NCBI RefSeq assembly: GCF_032062105.1
Contig: NW_026918900.1
Span: forward strand, 62,001 to 126,000
DNA: 64,000 bases
Origin: Saccostrea cucullata
Lineage: Eukaryota
Reading direction: 5' to 3'
Of this stretch, positions 1-13,569 are shown piece by piece. The notes under the pieces are model-generated. The model did not search any database and was not told the DNA's origin. It was given only the letters and a program-made list of their open reading frames with translations. Numbering within the stretch: the first letter of the stretch is position 1; each line of letters begins with the position of its first letter. Both the position numbers and the translations under genes were made by a program.

Positions 1-207
1 AACTATCTTAATAAAATATTCATTCTTTTGTTTTTTATTCAGTGTAAGATACCTAAAAGGAAATGCATTCCTTTATCCAAAAATTACACTAAAGTATCTC
101 GGTTTCATAAAAATAGTTTGCTGCATCTTTTGTCGGTTAATTCCAAATATCAAAATATTACCTTTCGCCTCTCACAACTACTTTTATCAATTGTTGTATA
201 CTTTTTT

Positions 208-3200
208 TCACGGACGATTTATAAAATCTTCAGGATGGCCCATTAAATCTTCAACAGAATACGTTTTGGGGGGAAGACAATTCAGTTCTGATGTTTTTGC
301 TTTTTTTATCTTTAGTGGGCCTGTAGGAGTGTCGTATTGTATGCGTACATTATCGTTGAATCCGACACTTGGATCTTCAGGGAAGTAATTAAAAGGAAGC
401 AACAGGAAGCTGAGATCAGTTCCGGGAGTTGGCATTATGGGTAAATCTTCGGAGTGTGGAATATGATGCACACCCATTGTAACCCAGGCAACAAGATCCT
501 GAAAAAAATATAGAGTCATTCAAAATTTATTCATCACATTTTCACAATTTCTAAATAAAAAAGTGTGAAGTAGTGAACAGATCAGAGGTAATGACCTAAT
601 GAAAAGCTTTGCAATATCATTTAAATTTTCAAAGCAATGCTATTTTTCATTTTCTTTCAAAGCAATATATGTATTTAAAAGAAATCGGAAAGTACTGGTC
701 AGTTGAAAGCCTCATATCCTACACTCTTTAAAAAGATATTGTTATAATTTGTAGCAACTCTAACTCCAGATTTTGTGATATATCCTTAAAAATTTATCCT
801 GGAGAGAAATTCATAAGTTATCATGAGTTAATCTAACTTGAACTGTAATTCTGCTCTTACGATACAGGAGGAGAAAAGATCTTAAAAGATTTCATGTATT
901 TAATATTCTCACTATATAAGCCCAAGAGCACCACCCTAACATCAATATTCCTGACCATGGGGCAATGATTTCACAATTTGATTAAGAGCCATAGTTTGTT
1001 AAAGTGTAACTATGAAATTTGTCCTGCTTTGTGACTCTGCCCTGAAATACCCTGCACCAAAATTAGTTTTAACTAGATTAGCAGACTTTGAGAAGCTGAA
1101 GATTTTCAAAAGTTAACAACCGACAAAAAACTTTAAATGACAGATAAATCAGATAGCAATAGGTAACCTGGGCGTCTCAGCTGACCTAAAAGAAATCCCC
1201 ATCTGTTGAAATATAAAAACAGAAAATATTCCAAAAACTGAATTCACAATTATGTTACCTAATAGGAAAAAAAATAATAAAGCCATTCATCTGTACGATT
1301 TTCTGGTCGAGAAATTTTGCTTTACAAAGGAAATCAGCAATATGACTACTGTGTTATATTGCAGAATTTTGGTTTGAGAGACGGAAAACAACTTTAAGTG
1401 TAAATATACGAGGGTTGATCCAAAAGTTCGTGGAATTTCTTTACATTTTATTCATTTTTAAGTGAAATTGTTTGAAAATTACAAATGAGAATATAGACAA
1501 TTGTTGAATATTCTAAATTAAAAAACATTTTAAATATTTATGAAAGCAGCTCTATGGCAGTTGCCATAGAAACGGTTGTTTGGAAATGCGGGGGAGACAT
1601 TAACGCGTTTATTTTCATTTCAATTCTTAATACGTGATATTAGAATAAAACAGCCCTATGTGGTATATAAAACGAAAATTATGTCATTATTACAAATGCT
1701 TGATCTTTTACAAACGTTTGTGTGAGGGTTTTACTGATTTTATTGGATATTTAATTTAATAGTTGATGATTTATTGTTCATCTTTAAGTTGTTAGAAAAC
1801 GCCAAATTTCAGGCAAATCATAATATTTGTGAAAATACCGGGATCACCTTATCTTGAACGCATACATTATTGACATAGGCTGGGGAAAAATGTATTTAGT
1901 TACTAGTTTTCCAGCAGCATAAGAAATTTAAGAAAAATAGAACGTCCTAGGACATTGATTAAAGGTGTGGCGGCCTTTTGGAGGCTCTGTTTTAAGTGTT
2001 TATCCCCCTAGACAAATTAAAAACGTTAATGGACGTTGTCGGCTAACGTACTGCTTTTGACATTTGCTACTGAAATTGGAAAATCATGTGGAAAGATTAG
2101 GAGTATTTTGAAATATGAGTTAAAAATGAAGACAAGAGGACACCCAGGCTTTTCTTGAGAATAAAAAATGGAGAAAAAGGGCAGTATTTTGCAGAATTGC
2201 GTTTTCGAATGGAACATTAGGGTGAGATGCTTCTATAACGTGGCGTGACATATCAAACTTGACGTAACGTCAAAGTGTCCCCCGGGTTTCACAACAATCC
2301 ATTTTCAGAAAGCTGGTGTGACCTTATTGGTGATTGGAAAGTGGCTAAATTTTGCAATATTGTTTCATTATGACTCTATATTATAAATATGCCTGCTGTT
2401 GGCTTTCGTCATATCACGATTATATTTTAGAAAGAAATTCCACGAACTTTTGGATCAACCCTCGTACAGTTAATATTAGATGTTAAGGTGTTATACAAAC
2501 CTCGCCATTTATATTTTCTTCCCCAATAAAATCTTCAAAATCCACTGTTCTATTCTCGCCGTCGTATGTGGCGTATTTTGATGAGCTATGGGGCTCTGTT
2601 TCTTTGCGTTTTGTGACAACCATTTGGTATCGTGTCCAAGGTGACCCAGGTTCATTTCCTGCTCCCTGTGTTCGAACGTTTTTGGCCATACTTTTCTGAA
2701 GTATCCTGTAGGCTTTAGGGTTGCCATATTTGTCCTTATTGTTTTCATTGTAAAATACGTGATATTTAGGCGAACTGAAATTAAACTTGTATGCTGCTTC
2801 TCTTTCTGTGGCATAGTCAACCTTGACAACTTTTTCTTGGTGCCAGTTTGAAGGATTGGATGCTTTAGAAAAAGGATTTGGCACTTCATCTGCTTCTACT
2901 TCGTAAGTTGAATAGCTATTATTAGAACCTCCAATATCAAGATCTACTTTAAAATTAAAGAAATGGTAATGCAGGGTTCCCAATGCTTGGTCGGTTAACT
3001 GAAATCCGTATTTTTTATCTGTAGATTTGAATGAGGAGATAATTATTCCGGAAGCAGTGACCTTGGTTTCCATAACACCATTCTGATAGAAAATAAAATC
3101 AAATATGTAGTCATAATTTACAAGAGTTCCAATCATTCTTAGTATAAGTACAACATTAGGGGCACCCTCATAGTAACCGGAAGGTGTTTCACTGGCTGCA

Positions 3201-6200
3201 TGATGGCGCCTCAAAGGACTTCCGGTATTGTGTTCAAATACACATATCGCTCTTTTGTTAGTGACTGGGGAATCCGAAGTTTCAAACATATGCGTGGCGT
3301 CTAGGAAAGTTGCGTGTGAGGGACAATCAATGCCAGGCACTAAAGTTTTCATATAAAGACCAATCATTACAACAGAATCAAAATAATTTGTAAATCTTCC
3401 AGCAGGTTCCGAGGAAGAGTAGAAAACACAGATTTCTTGTAAACCTAATTCATAGACAATCATTTCATTCTTAAATCTGATGTTGTAAAGCTGAGGACCG
3501 TGAGATGGGGATATTCCGTAATGAAACATCCAGTTCATATAGGTGACTGTTTGATCTTTGATGTAATAACGTCTACCATCGGGTTCGATTTCAATAGGCG
3601 GTCTCTGCATATTTTCTGGAAATTTTTTATCATGCGTACGCATCTGAGGAAAATCTAAGATCAGTTTACTAACTTCTCCTTTGTCCCACTTGTCCTTAAA
3701 ATCTTGGAGTGAGGCAAATGATTGGCCGTTGTACCAAACATCGGCTGTTTCTGGAACAGCACTTCCATTAAAAGTTACAAGAACGGCAAAATCTACGGGG
3801 TGCAAGTTTTTTGGTTCCATCAGCTGAAGGAATGGAAACCATAATCCTCGGTATCCCTTTCCCTCAACTTCTGCGATCATGGCGGCATAAGGAGTTATAT
3901 TTTCTACGCCCAAACAGTTCCCTCCACACTGAAAAAAAGATCCCTTAAAACTTTCAAGAAGTATATCACCAACAATTCTATTGGCATCTTCGGTTACTAC
4001 ATTCAGCGCCGACATATACTCTGGTATTGTAAATGGCCTAAAAGAAAAGGGAATGGACCTTGGCCCACCACAGAAACTTAGTTGCTGTGTTAACTCTACA
4101 CAATATTCCTCGACATTTGGCTCGGCTTTCCCGCCACAAAAAACTGTAACTAACGCTTTCCTTATTGGTGGACTTTGTTGAGTCGACTGTAGAACGAATT
4201 TCTTCTCTGGAAGAATGAGTTCCATTGCATATATGTAGTTAGAAGCAAGTACAGCTTTACTTGGCTGTGATAAATTTAAAGACTTTTGTGAAAGCATAAA
4301 GTCAAATATAATTCTTATTTCTCCTCTGGTAAGATCGTGAAATATTGGAGGTTTTTCAGGTTCAGTGATATCAATAACACCGGAAACCGGAAGTCGTTTG
4401 CATTCTGGGATGTTGGTATCTTCCTTTTCTTTGTTTGCTGCCAGGACAATTACAACTATCAAAAGGACAAGGGCTATAACTCCTAAGACTAATGCTAAAC
4501 ATTGCCAGAACCTTGGATCTGTTGTTTTACTAGTAGATTTTTCCCCTATTGTATAACCGTCCCTTGCTGAAAAGAAAAAAGTACTTCTTCAAATTTGATA
4601 ATTGATTCAAGTCTTTGGTGAAATTGCCTTCACATATTGAAATCTTTCAAGCCCAAAATAACAAAATAAAACAATTGATTTTTCTCCCTCCAAAATTCAA
4701 CAATCTTATTTGAAAAGGCGCCTCTCTAAATAAAATGCGAAAGCCGTTTTAATTCAAGCATTTAAACAATTTTATTTGTGTAAAAGCCACAAAATTTGGT
4801 GACAAAAATTGGAAAATGAAACTATAATGTTTAATATGATATTTCTTGAAAAGTTTCAGAAATATTTCAAAAAATCATTCCTGAAAAGGACAGGATTTTA
4901 CACAATTTAAATTTCCTAATTAGCCATTGAAATATATTTAAAGAAAAACAATTAATGTAATTATCCTGTATTGGAGTTTAGAACATTTATCTTGGGCATG
5001 TGTCTTTTAAGTAACATGCTAGGTTGTTTTCCGTCACATGAACAAGCTGTGCATTAAAAAAATGTATAGGTACATGTATAAGATACCGTATTGGTTAGTA
5101 TTATATTTTCTGGACTAAATGTAACAATCATGATTCTAAATAAACCTTCTCATATATATTTTTTTAACTTTTAATTTTTTACTACAGGAATGCATGAAAA
5201 TTTCCCAGGAAATGTTAATGCAAAAGCTTTGTGTATCTGCATGATAACAGAAAACTGGGATAATTTAGAAAATGTACGCTAAAAAGAGAAACATAGACTT
5301 AAAAAATATGATCAAAATTTATCGGTCAGATAAACTGTTAACAGGTAAGGATTTTTTTCTGCATGGATTTAGGATGAAAGATGAAAGAAGATATTCTTAT
5401 AACGAAACATCACGCCTATAATGTTTTTAACAATGCAAGAAAATTTCAATTACATTTACAATTGGTGCGTGAAACAATTTGCATATCTTTTTTTCCGTCA
5501 AGCTAAAAAATCTAAATTATACTCATAGGAAAACGAAACGCAGGGTAACATTCGAACATTACAAAAACTGGATCAATGTAGCCACGATTTGTTAAGATTT
5601 TTTCGCATACAACCACATTAACTCACTTGATTGGACCTCATAAAGTCCATTTTTTCTCAGTGAACATTTGTGGGACTCTGTAGATGAAAGGGTTCGAAAT
5701 GCCCTAGCTGGCTTTTTCAACTAAGGGCTGCCTTGTAAAAAGGGTTGAATATTATCCTTATTTGAAGAATTAATACACTGATGAACTCATGAACTCAATG
5801 CAAATAAGAATCAAAGCTGTGACAGACAGGCGAAGAAGACATTGAAGATGATGAAAATTTTCAATTTTCATTTTTGTGAGGTATCTTCTTACATTTAAAT
5901 AACGAGAAAACAACACAGAAGACATATAATTTTTTCCGTCTTTCGGTCTATTGCGCTTTTGGGGTACCTATCTCTATCCGCAACTCCTCTTATACCACTG
6001 AATGAAACTTGATGAGTTTTTCACTGAATCCTTGTTTTATATAGTGTCACTATGCACCTCCGATTTTACTTTTTGATCGGACACTTATTTCTGGTTTCCA
6101 TAGAAAAACATGAACATGACCGTTCTTTCTATAATATTTAAGGGTACCCATCCCTTATCCGCAACTCGTTTCATACCAATAAATAAAATTTAATGATACT

Positions 6201-7147
6201 TTCACAGATTCTTTATTACATAATGCCATTATGCACCCTCTATTTTACGTTTTGATCTGACACTTATTTCGGGTCTTCCAGATCTAAAGCAGAACATGAA
6301 CTTTGCCATTATAACCATACGGGAGGCTGGGAGTATCATTTTGTGAGCTCAGTGCTCACAGTACCTCTAGCTTTTCATTTGAATTTTATATTTTCTACCC
6401 CCGGTATTTGAATTGTATAATTTCTTATTTTTATTGCATTTTTTTCTAAGTTTTTAATTCTTAAGGTTACATGAACGTCTCAACACCACCTTAGAAAAAT
6501 AATCAGCTGTTCTCGTCCCACCTCCAATGTTTTAGAAGTCCGTATTCTGCTCCTATTATGTATTTTTTATAGACTTTTGATCTTGAATACTATTCGTTAT
6601 TTCCATATGCTTCGGTTTGTACTTACACACAAAGACAGCAGTCTTTATTTAAGGTTCATAAATCCTCTGCTCACTCATATAATATGTTGCTTGAACCTTA
6701 ATGATTTTCCAAAAGAAATGTATTTTATAAGTAAAATACAAACAATTATAGCATTGCTTGCGGGGCAAAATTGGACAAAAAAAAGCACTTCAACATGGCA
6801 AATCTATAAAGGAATAATAGACATTCATATCATTTAGAGTTATCTCTCTTATCAGAGTATTGATGTACCTCAATTGTTGAATGTCTTATTCTTAGAGTTA
6901 CCTTGAACTTTATTATTTTAAAATGCTTAGTTCAATAATCCATTCTCAATTTATTCTGATATTTTTCACTTCATGCAGCATGTGCAGTGAAAAAATAAAG
7001 AAAATGCTAATGGCTGAATGGTGAAACTTTAAAAAAGTCTTCTGAATATAAAGTTCTCGACAAAAACAAGGCATAAAACACAACCGGAGAAACGAGCAAA
7101 AATAAATTTAAAAAATATGAAACAACATAGATGCATTACTTACACAT
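208..7147 (-). CDS. Copper-containing amine oxidase (AOC1/AOC3-like, TPQ-dependent), type II membrane-anchored; coding exons 7147-7144, 4566-2501, 498-208
   Basis: TLVNYDY topaquinone motif, HYH copper ligands, and last-exon DLVAWVTMGVHHIPHSED with the third His. Splicing ATGT|GTAAGT (7147-7138) to AG|CAAGGG (4566) gives the in-frame N-terminus MSRDGYTIGEKSTSKTTDPRFWQCLALVLGVIALVLLIVVIVLA, a single TM anchor. GAG|GT donor at 2501/2500, AG|GAT acceptor at 499/498, TGA at 208-210. The 4-nt first coding exon is inferred. Confidence 0.92.
860..1190 (+). mobile_element. Degenerate HINE/Helentron-type element remnant with one Cg170-like monomer
   Basis: Resembles the monomer at 20030-22600 and ends in a degenerate AGGTAACCTGGG..CTCAGCTGACCTAAA hairpin; boundaries approximate. 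Confidence 0.55.
1409..2464. mobile_element. Non-autonomous Tc1/mariner-type MITE (copy A) in amine oxidase intron 2
   Basis: Perfect TIR CGAGGGTTGATCCAAAAGTTCGTGGAATTTCTTT at both ends, TA on both flanks, no transposase ORF. Confidence 0.9.
5930..6372 (-). mobile_element. HINE-type element with two ~190-bp internal repeats
   Basis: Duplicated GGGTACC..TATCCGCAACTC..GACACTTATTT units; end CTCACAGTACCTCTAG next to a T-run. Confidence 0.5.
6653..6869. mobile_element. Short TTAA-flanked MITE (Kolobok/piggyBac-type target), copy 1
   Basis: TTAA|GGTTCAT...ATGTACC|TCAA; close homolog of 24702-24921. Confidence 0.6.
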
Positions 7148-7377
7148 GTTTCTAATTAAGCTTCAATCTCAACGTTGCTGCAGTATGTGCTGTACTGATA
7201 AACTATTCTCTTTGTGCTGCATACACCGCCTCGTGTGCACTGTAAACATGCTTCATCGAGTTCATCGAATTTATGCCACATTCAAAAATTGCTGAAGCTT
7301 GTTAAAATGTTAGGGTAAACAAGGTGTTGTAAATAAAGAAACGTTACGGTTAGTGAAGCATCATATAAAGATGCATA

Positions 7378-7447
7378 CTCACAATGTCAAAGATTTGTGA
7401 TTTCTCGAACTCCAGTTCGAGAAATCACAAACCCTTGACATTGTGAG
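7378..7447. repeat. ~70-bp near-perfect palindrome
   Basis: CTCACAATGTCAAaGaTTTGTGATTTCTCGAACT-CC-AGTTCGAGAAATCACAAAcCcTTGACATTGTGAG. Confidence 0.85.
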
Positions 7448-9059
7448 GATGATAAAGATGTCGTTTACTCTTAACTTGACAGAAAAAGACTTTTTTTTAT
7501 TAACAATTTAACTTACGTTGGTTTAAGCATGCACCCTAATTCATGTATATACCTGTATATTCTTGGGTTCACCCAGTAAGGAAACATGCAATAGCGAATT
7601 ACGTTGTGTGGCAATATATGTGTACATGTAGTACATATTGATAAAAAGGAGAAGTGACTTGAGCAAAAAAATTCATGCAATATTAAATTGGTTAGACTCA
7701 ATTATCTGTACCATTAGAATATAAAATAGAAGGTTCACAATTGCGCTTTACAATCAAGAGTCTTTAAAAGCTGCATTAAAATCAGATGATATAAACAGAT
7801 AAACAATAAAGTTGAAGCCTGGATTTATATACATATAATTTTGGACATTCAAGGGTTCTTAACATAATCCAAAAATTAAATTCTTATAGTAAAACAAAAT
7901 TATTTATTTTCTATGATGTTCAAAAAACTTCTTTGCTCTCATGATAATAATTATATTATTATCAATATTATTTTAATTAGTGCTTTTATCTTTATATCGA
8001 AAACATTTTTGTGAAAAACTAGATAAAAAGATGAAATGACACATGAAGAAAGTTTGTTGTAATACTATCTTTCCTTAACTTAAATTTTATTTAGTTGTAA
8101 AATAAAAGTTGCAGATCAGAAATGAGTAATTTTAACCTGAATTTTAGTTTATTTTTTAAATAATGGCTGTGTCCATTCAGCTCTCAGTTTAATTCTTTCC
8201 AACTAAGTTAAGGAAATGAAATGCTAAACTCTTCAATACATATGGCCAAGGTTATTTTTTAAACGTTGGTCGAACTCTTAGGTCAGGGGAATAACAAAGA
8301 TGGTGGGAAAATGAAAATGAATCTCGTGTCACAAGAAAATAAAAGTGAAATGTGAAAGCCTTTTCAGCAACCATTAAGAAATTATTATCAGAATTTTTTT
8401 TAAATCTACCTGGTCAAAAGATATATAAATTAAATATTTGTTTTTGTAAAAAAGTAATAAAAACCCAAAGTTAAAATAAAAACGTATGGAACAATAAAAA
8501 GAGACAATTTATTAGGGAAAGGAGACATGGAAAACCCATCTGTCTGCGACAATGGAGCTTCTTCCAATGGCATACACAACACAGCTTGATAAGTAGATAA
8601 TTATCAAAATACCTGTACATGTATTATGAAAATGCAATAATCGATTAATGTCTGCTTAACAAGTATTGGCTAAACACGTGATTATTAGACACGTGTTGTG
8701 ATACACTCACTTAATATACAGTGCAATCAACATCAATGTTCTTGCGTTACTATATATTTTTAGTGGATTTCATGGTTACACTTTATCCACAATTAAACAT
8801 CCCAACGAAAAATTATTTTGTAAATCTATATAATTTACTTTTGGAATCTTCTGTAAGAAACAAAGTGATGTACATAACGTAGACATAAGTTACAATCATT
8901 ACTATCAATAATGTATAATTTTGATTTTTTCAGATTTTCCAAGGATTATTACAAAATAAAACTTTTTTCATGTGATCATGAATTTATCGTAAAATAACAC
9001 CCTGTATAATCAAATCCTCGCTGGATTTACAGTTGGTAAAGGAACCCTCTGAGTCAATT

Positions 9060-9640
9060 ATATCTCTATTAGAGTCTTAACTTTCCATCTGAGTATTGCA
9101 CATATGACGTGCATTTAAAATCCCGGAGGATTATTCGAGGAAACCACATTGAACTCTTAGAGTATGTGTATTTCATACAACCATATTTATACCCCGATCA
9201 CCTGTACATGGGGTTTTGTCTTCCAGGTTATTCGATATGCAAAATCAAACTCTGTGGATGAACAATAAGCGACACAAGCTATTGACAAACAAGTTGATGA
9301 AACAAGGATATCAACCGCCTTGTTTAATGTTATCATTTTGCAAGAACTATCTAACTATGACCTTAGCGAAAATACAATCTACCATCGTGGGAATGCTGAC
9401 TTTTTTATATACTTAACGTAAGGCAATTATTTACACGCTGAATTGGTTACGATTTCTTGTTTACCAGAACATGACAAAAAGCACAGAACGTGTGTGACAG
9501 CTCGTCACGGGAAGCTTAATCCCCAAGAGCGCCTGATCCCATATGTGAGGTTTTTGAAGGTCCTTGTTTGCTCTGCTTCCAATTCTAATCATTTATAGAT
9601 ATGGACTTCTATAAGCTTGATTACTGTTCGTTATCCCAAT
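9060..9640 (+). mobile_element. Degenerate retroelement 3' end (Penelope-like family common in oysters); short inverted relative at ~10150-10315
   Basis: Decayed coding-like segment followed by a GTGTGAC..GCTTA..CCTGATCCCA tail motif, which recurs reverse-complemented at 10220-10295. Confidence 0.45.
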
Positions 9641-11471
9641 ATTAAAAAAATTAAATTAAATACAATTAAAATTTTGAGCTTAACAAACATTTAAAGAAGA
9701 TGTTACTAGCCACCATCTTTGACAGCTGGGAAAAGTACATACTGATCGAGTTATATCTAAATTTTTTTATCTAGAGGAAAATTGTCTGACCGCTAATTAT
9801 ATATATCGTGTGGATGTTAACGTTTAAATTTTTTTATCATAATTGTGCACGTGTTAAGCATTTTAATAAAAGCAGTTAACATTTACCAACAAAGGTCCGT
9901 TTTGAGCAACTTTAAAAATACCAAGTATAGATAAACAAATACAAATTCTACTTGTTTGATTGTTTATAATTATAGATTCAAATAACATAAGGAAAAGGGA
10001 AATATAAATTTATTAATCACCAGATTTAGGTCGTTCTCATTTCGATGACTTCAAGGTTTTCAGAGATAGGGAATTTCTTTTTTATTATACCAGCTATTCT
10101 TTACATTTCGAAGCTGTGACTTGCATGAAATACATGTACATGTATGTGGAGATAACAATCAGAATTCAAGCTCAAAAGTCCATTAAACAATACAAAATAG
10201 GAGCAAAGCAAATACGGACCTCCGAAACATCAGAGGTGGGATTAAGTGCAATGGAGGAATAAGCATCCCCTTTCGACCGGTCACACCCGCCGTGTGCTCC
10301 TTATCCTGATCGGAAAATAACGGAAATATATTTGCAAACGTGTCAATTAACACCTCTATAAAAGTGTAAAAAAAATATATATATATGAAGATTCCCATTC
10401 ACACGACATTTTAAATTAATTTAATTGATCAGACACTATATTAACGTTTGTCCGTCCGTCTGTCTGTCTGTTATACGCTTCTTAAATTTCAAGAGTCATT
10501 TCCCTTTAATTTTGAGTATGTTATTGAAAAAACAAGAGGGCAACATAAGAAATCACCTGGGATTATTGTCCCCCGCTTTCGCTAAAGCGAGGGGACATTA
10601 AATATCGTTTGTCTGTCCGTCCGTCCGTCCGACAGTCCGTCTGTCACAAAAAAATAACCTTGGTCATATATTTAAATGAGAAGAGATTGGACTTTTTCAT
10701 TTTACATTGAATTAACACATGGGACGTGGATACCCTCAGTATTATAGAAAAGGATGTCAGTGTCTATCTTTTGCTATTGGCAAACCATAAATATGTGTCC
10801 AATCAGAAAATAAAATAGGAATGGCACAATGACACTTTCTAACAAAGATTCTGTGAAAGTATCATTAAATTTCATTAAAGAGTTGCGGATAAGATATTGG
10901 TACCCAAAAGTGCAACAGATGGATATACAGACGAACAGAAGTGTTGGCATCCCGATAACTTATATAGTCTCCGATTTTTGAAGTCGAATTATGATAAAAT
11001 CAACTATGCTGATTTCTGTGTAGTCAATACTTCTGTCAGGGTTTCAGGTTTTTTTTTTAATTGAAACATACGTGTTTCTCAAAGATCAAATTTCAATTTA
11101 TTTGCTGAAAAGATAGTATTATTTGATAAATGGATATTTATCGTCAAACTATTAAATGACATTTTTTCTTCATATTTTCAATTAAAACTGTACTTTAGTT
11201 TTATGGATAGTACTTGTATGTGATAAATGTTTCTGGTTGTAATCATAACTTAATTTGATACATTTGTCAAGATATGACGTCATTGCCTCAGTCTCTTCCT
11301 GTTTATTTGACTTCCGTTGTTTGCGATGAAGATTTTGCTTAAAAAAAGGAACTTGCAAAATACATGGGGATAGGCAAGTCAACGAACATAGAACGTATAG
11401 ATTAATATTCAACAAAACATTCAAAAAACATACGGGAGGCGTGTTTTTCCCATGGTTCCCCAACATTCTCT

Positions 11472-11940
11472 TATGGCAAGCTATTTTGCTATATATTTGG
11501 AAAATAAAATTTATCGTAAAATTACAGAGATATCTCTCATTTTAAAGAGATATCTTTATGAGTAGGAGATTTCTCTTAAACTTACAGAGATATCTCATAC
11601 TAAAAGAGATATCTATCTATTTAAGAAAGATATCTCTTTTAACCTTGTTGAAGAGATATCTCTCTAACTTTAAAAGATTAATCCCTCTCGCTTAAAGAGA
11701 TATATCTCTAGACAATAAAATATCTCTCTAAGTAAAACATGTAAAAGAGATATCTCTTGTTTAAAGAGATGTCTCTCTATTAGTCAAAGAGATATCTCTT
11801 TAAGTTAAAGAGATATATCTTGTAGTCAAAGAGATATCTCTATTAGTCAAAGAGATATCTCTTTATGCTAAAGAGATATCTTTCTTATTGAAAGAATCTT
11901 TTTTATTATATACTAATAATTAGTAAAATGGCTTGCCATA
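11472..11940. mobile_element. MITE with TATGG termini (IS3EU-like) filled with AGAGATATCTCT palindromic subrepeats
   Basis: TATGGCAAGCTATTTT ... AAAATGGCTTGCCATA terminal inverted repeat; many AGAGATATCTCT variants; no clean TSD. Confidence 0.65.
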
Positions 11941-13569
11941 TCTTTTGCTTCCAAAAGGCGTTGATCTTCATCACCCGTGAATAAATCCAGTGCAGTACTA
12001 GTTCTTTGGACGAGACCATATAAAGCAAGATCACATGTCGAAATATCTCCTAACACGATAAAGTTTTTCCTCCCCTCGATTACCAAAATAAAAACATATA
12101 AAAGTCTCAAGCACTGGTCCAAATTTGCAATCCTCCACTAACAATTGGTAATTTCCTTATATGAGTGAAAATTCTGGAAGGAATTTAAAGCAAGCTTGCA
12201 AACACAGTTTCATTGAAATTTAAACAAACCCTTTGATTGCAATATTTTTTTCTGTTAATAATTGTACGAATTTTTTTAATAAATACAGCTCAACACACTG
12301 TTTAAACTCACATGGTTTTTCGCACAAATTAAGATCACATTTTTCTTGCAATACAGCTTAAAATTATCAAGTTTCAGTGCGAGACATATCCATTATATTA
12401 TTAAATCTTTCACGTTAAAGGTGCATATTCTCTAAAACCATTATCTTAAGTTTGTGAGGTCAATTTTCTAAAAGGAAATTTATTTATAAATTGTAAGATA
12501 TTAAATTTGTATGATTCTATCATAGTTATTTACAAATTAATTAATCGAACTTTCTTTGATACTGTTTGGTTGAAATTTTTAAATTGACTTCTTACAGATG
12601 AGTATTTTTCTAGGTACTTTGCACATTTTCCATACTTGTCTTGGTTTTGTCAAAATGCTGCGCCGAATAATGACAAAATTGCATAAAGAAATCAAGAAAA
12701 GGATACGATAATAAAGTATTGTACATTTTTCAACATAATAAATTGTAAATATTAAAAGAAAATTCTTTAACGTTTTCCTACTACATTACTCAGCGGGTTA
12801 AAGTGTTTTTAACAAATGGTTCTCGAGCTCGACGAATCAGATTCAACTAATTAACATGAAAGTACATGTATAATCAAGGAATCCGGGGCATACTTTTTTT
12901 GCTTTGCCCTGTCCGTTTTTATATAGCCGATTAGCTCTCTGTTTGTTCATAATAACTTTAATCAAGCTCATAACTATTTGATCAGTTTGATATATTGCTT
13001 TCATTTCTTGCAAGTGTATCCTTCTGACAAGCAATGGTCCAAATTGAAAAAAACAATATTTATAATACAGAGTTCACTGTGTACCCTGCTTCAGTCTACT
13101 TGTGTGCCAAGTTGTATTAAAATTGAACCAAAACTGTAGGAAGAGTAGCGTTTTGGAAAAAAAGAGTTTACAGACGGGTGAAAAACTAAGTATGGCATAG
13201 ACTCTTCTATCATCTGACCAGTGGAACAAAAAAAATAGAACATGCTATTCTTTCTATTGTAGTATTGTATCGAGGTGACCTATCTTTGATCTGCTACTGT
13301 TCATTTACCTCAGAATAAACTATTAGGACAGGTGATACAAACTTTCTTTTTGATATTATGAAACTACAGCCATGTATACGTAAGAAACTAAAAAAGATTA
13401 GCAGAATATATTTTAAGTTTTTTTAGTCAAAATATCACAATCTTATTATAAATGCAGGAAATGGATTTCGATTTAATAGAAACAAAGCAAAGGAAAGTTT
13501 ACTGTAATTAATATATATGTAATTAGTATATACAAATGCAAATATTTCCAGAGACATTCACTGAAAAAA

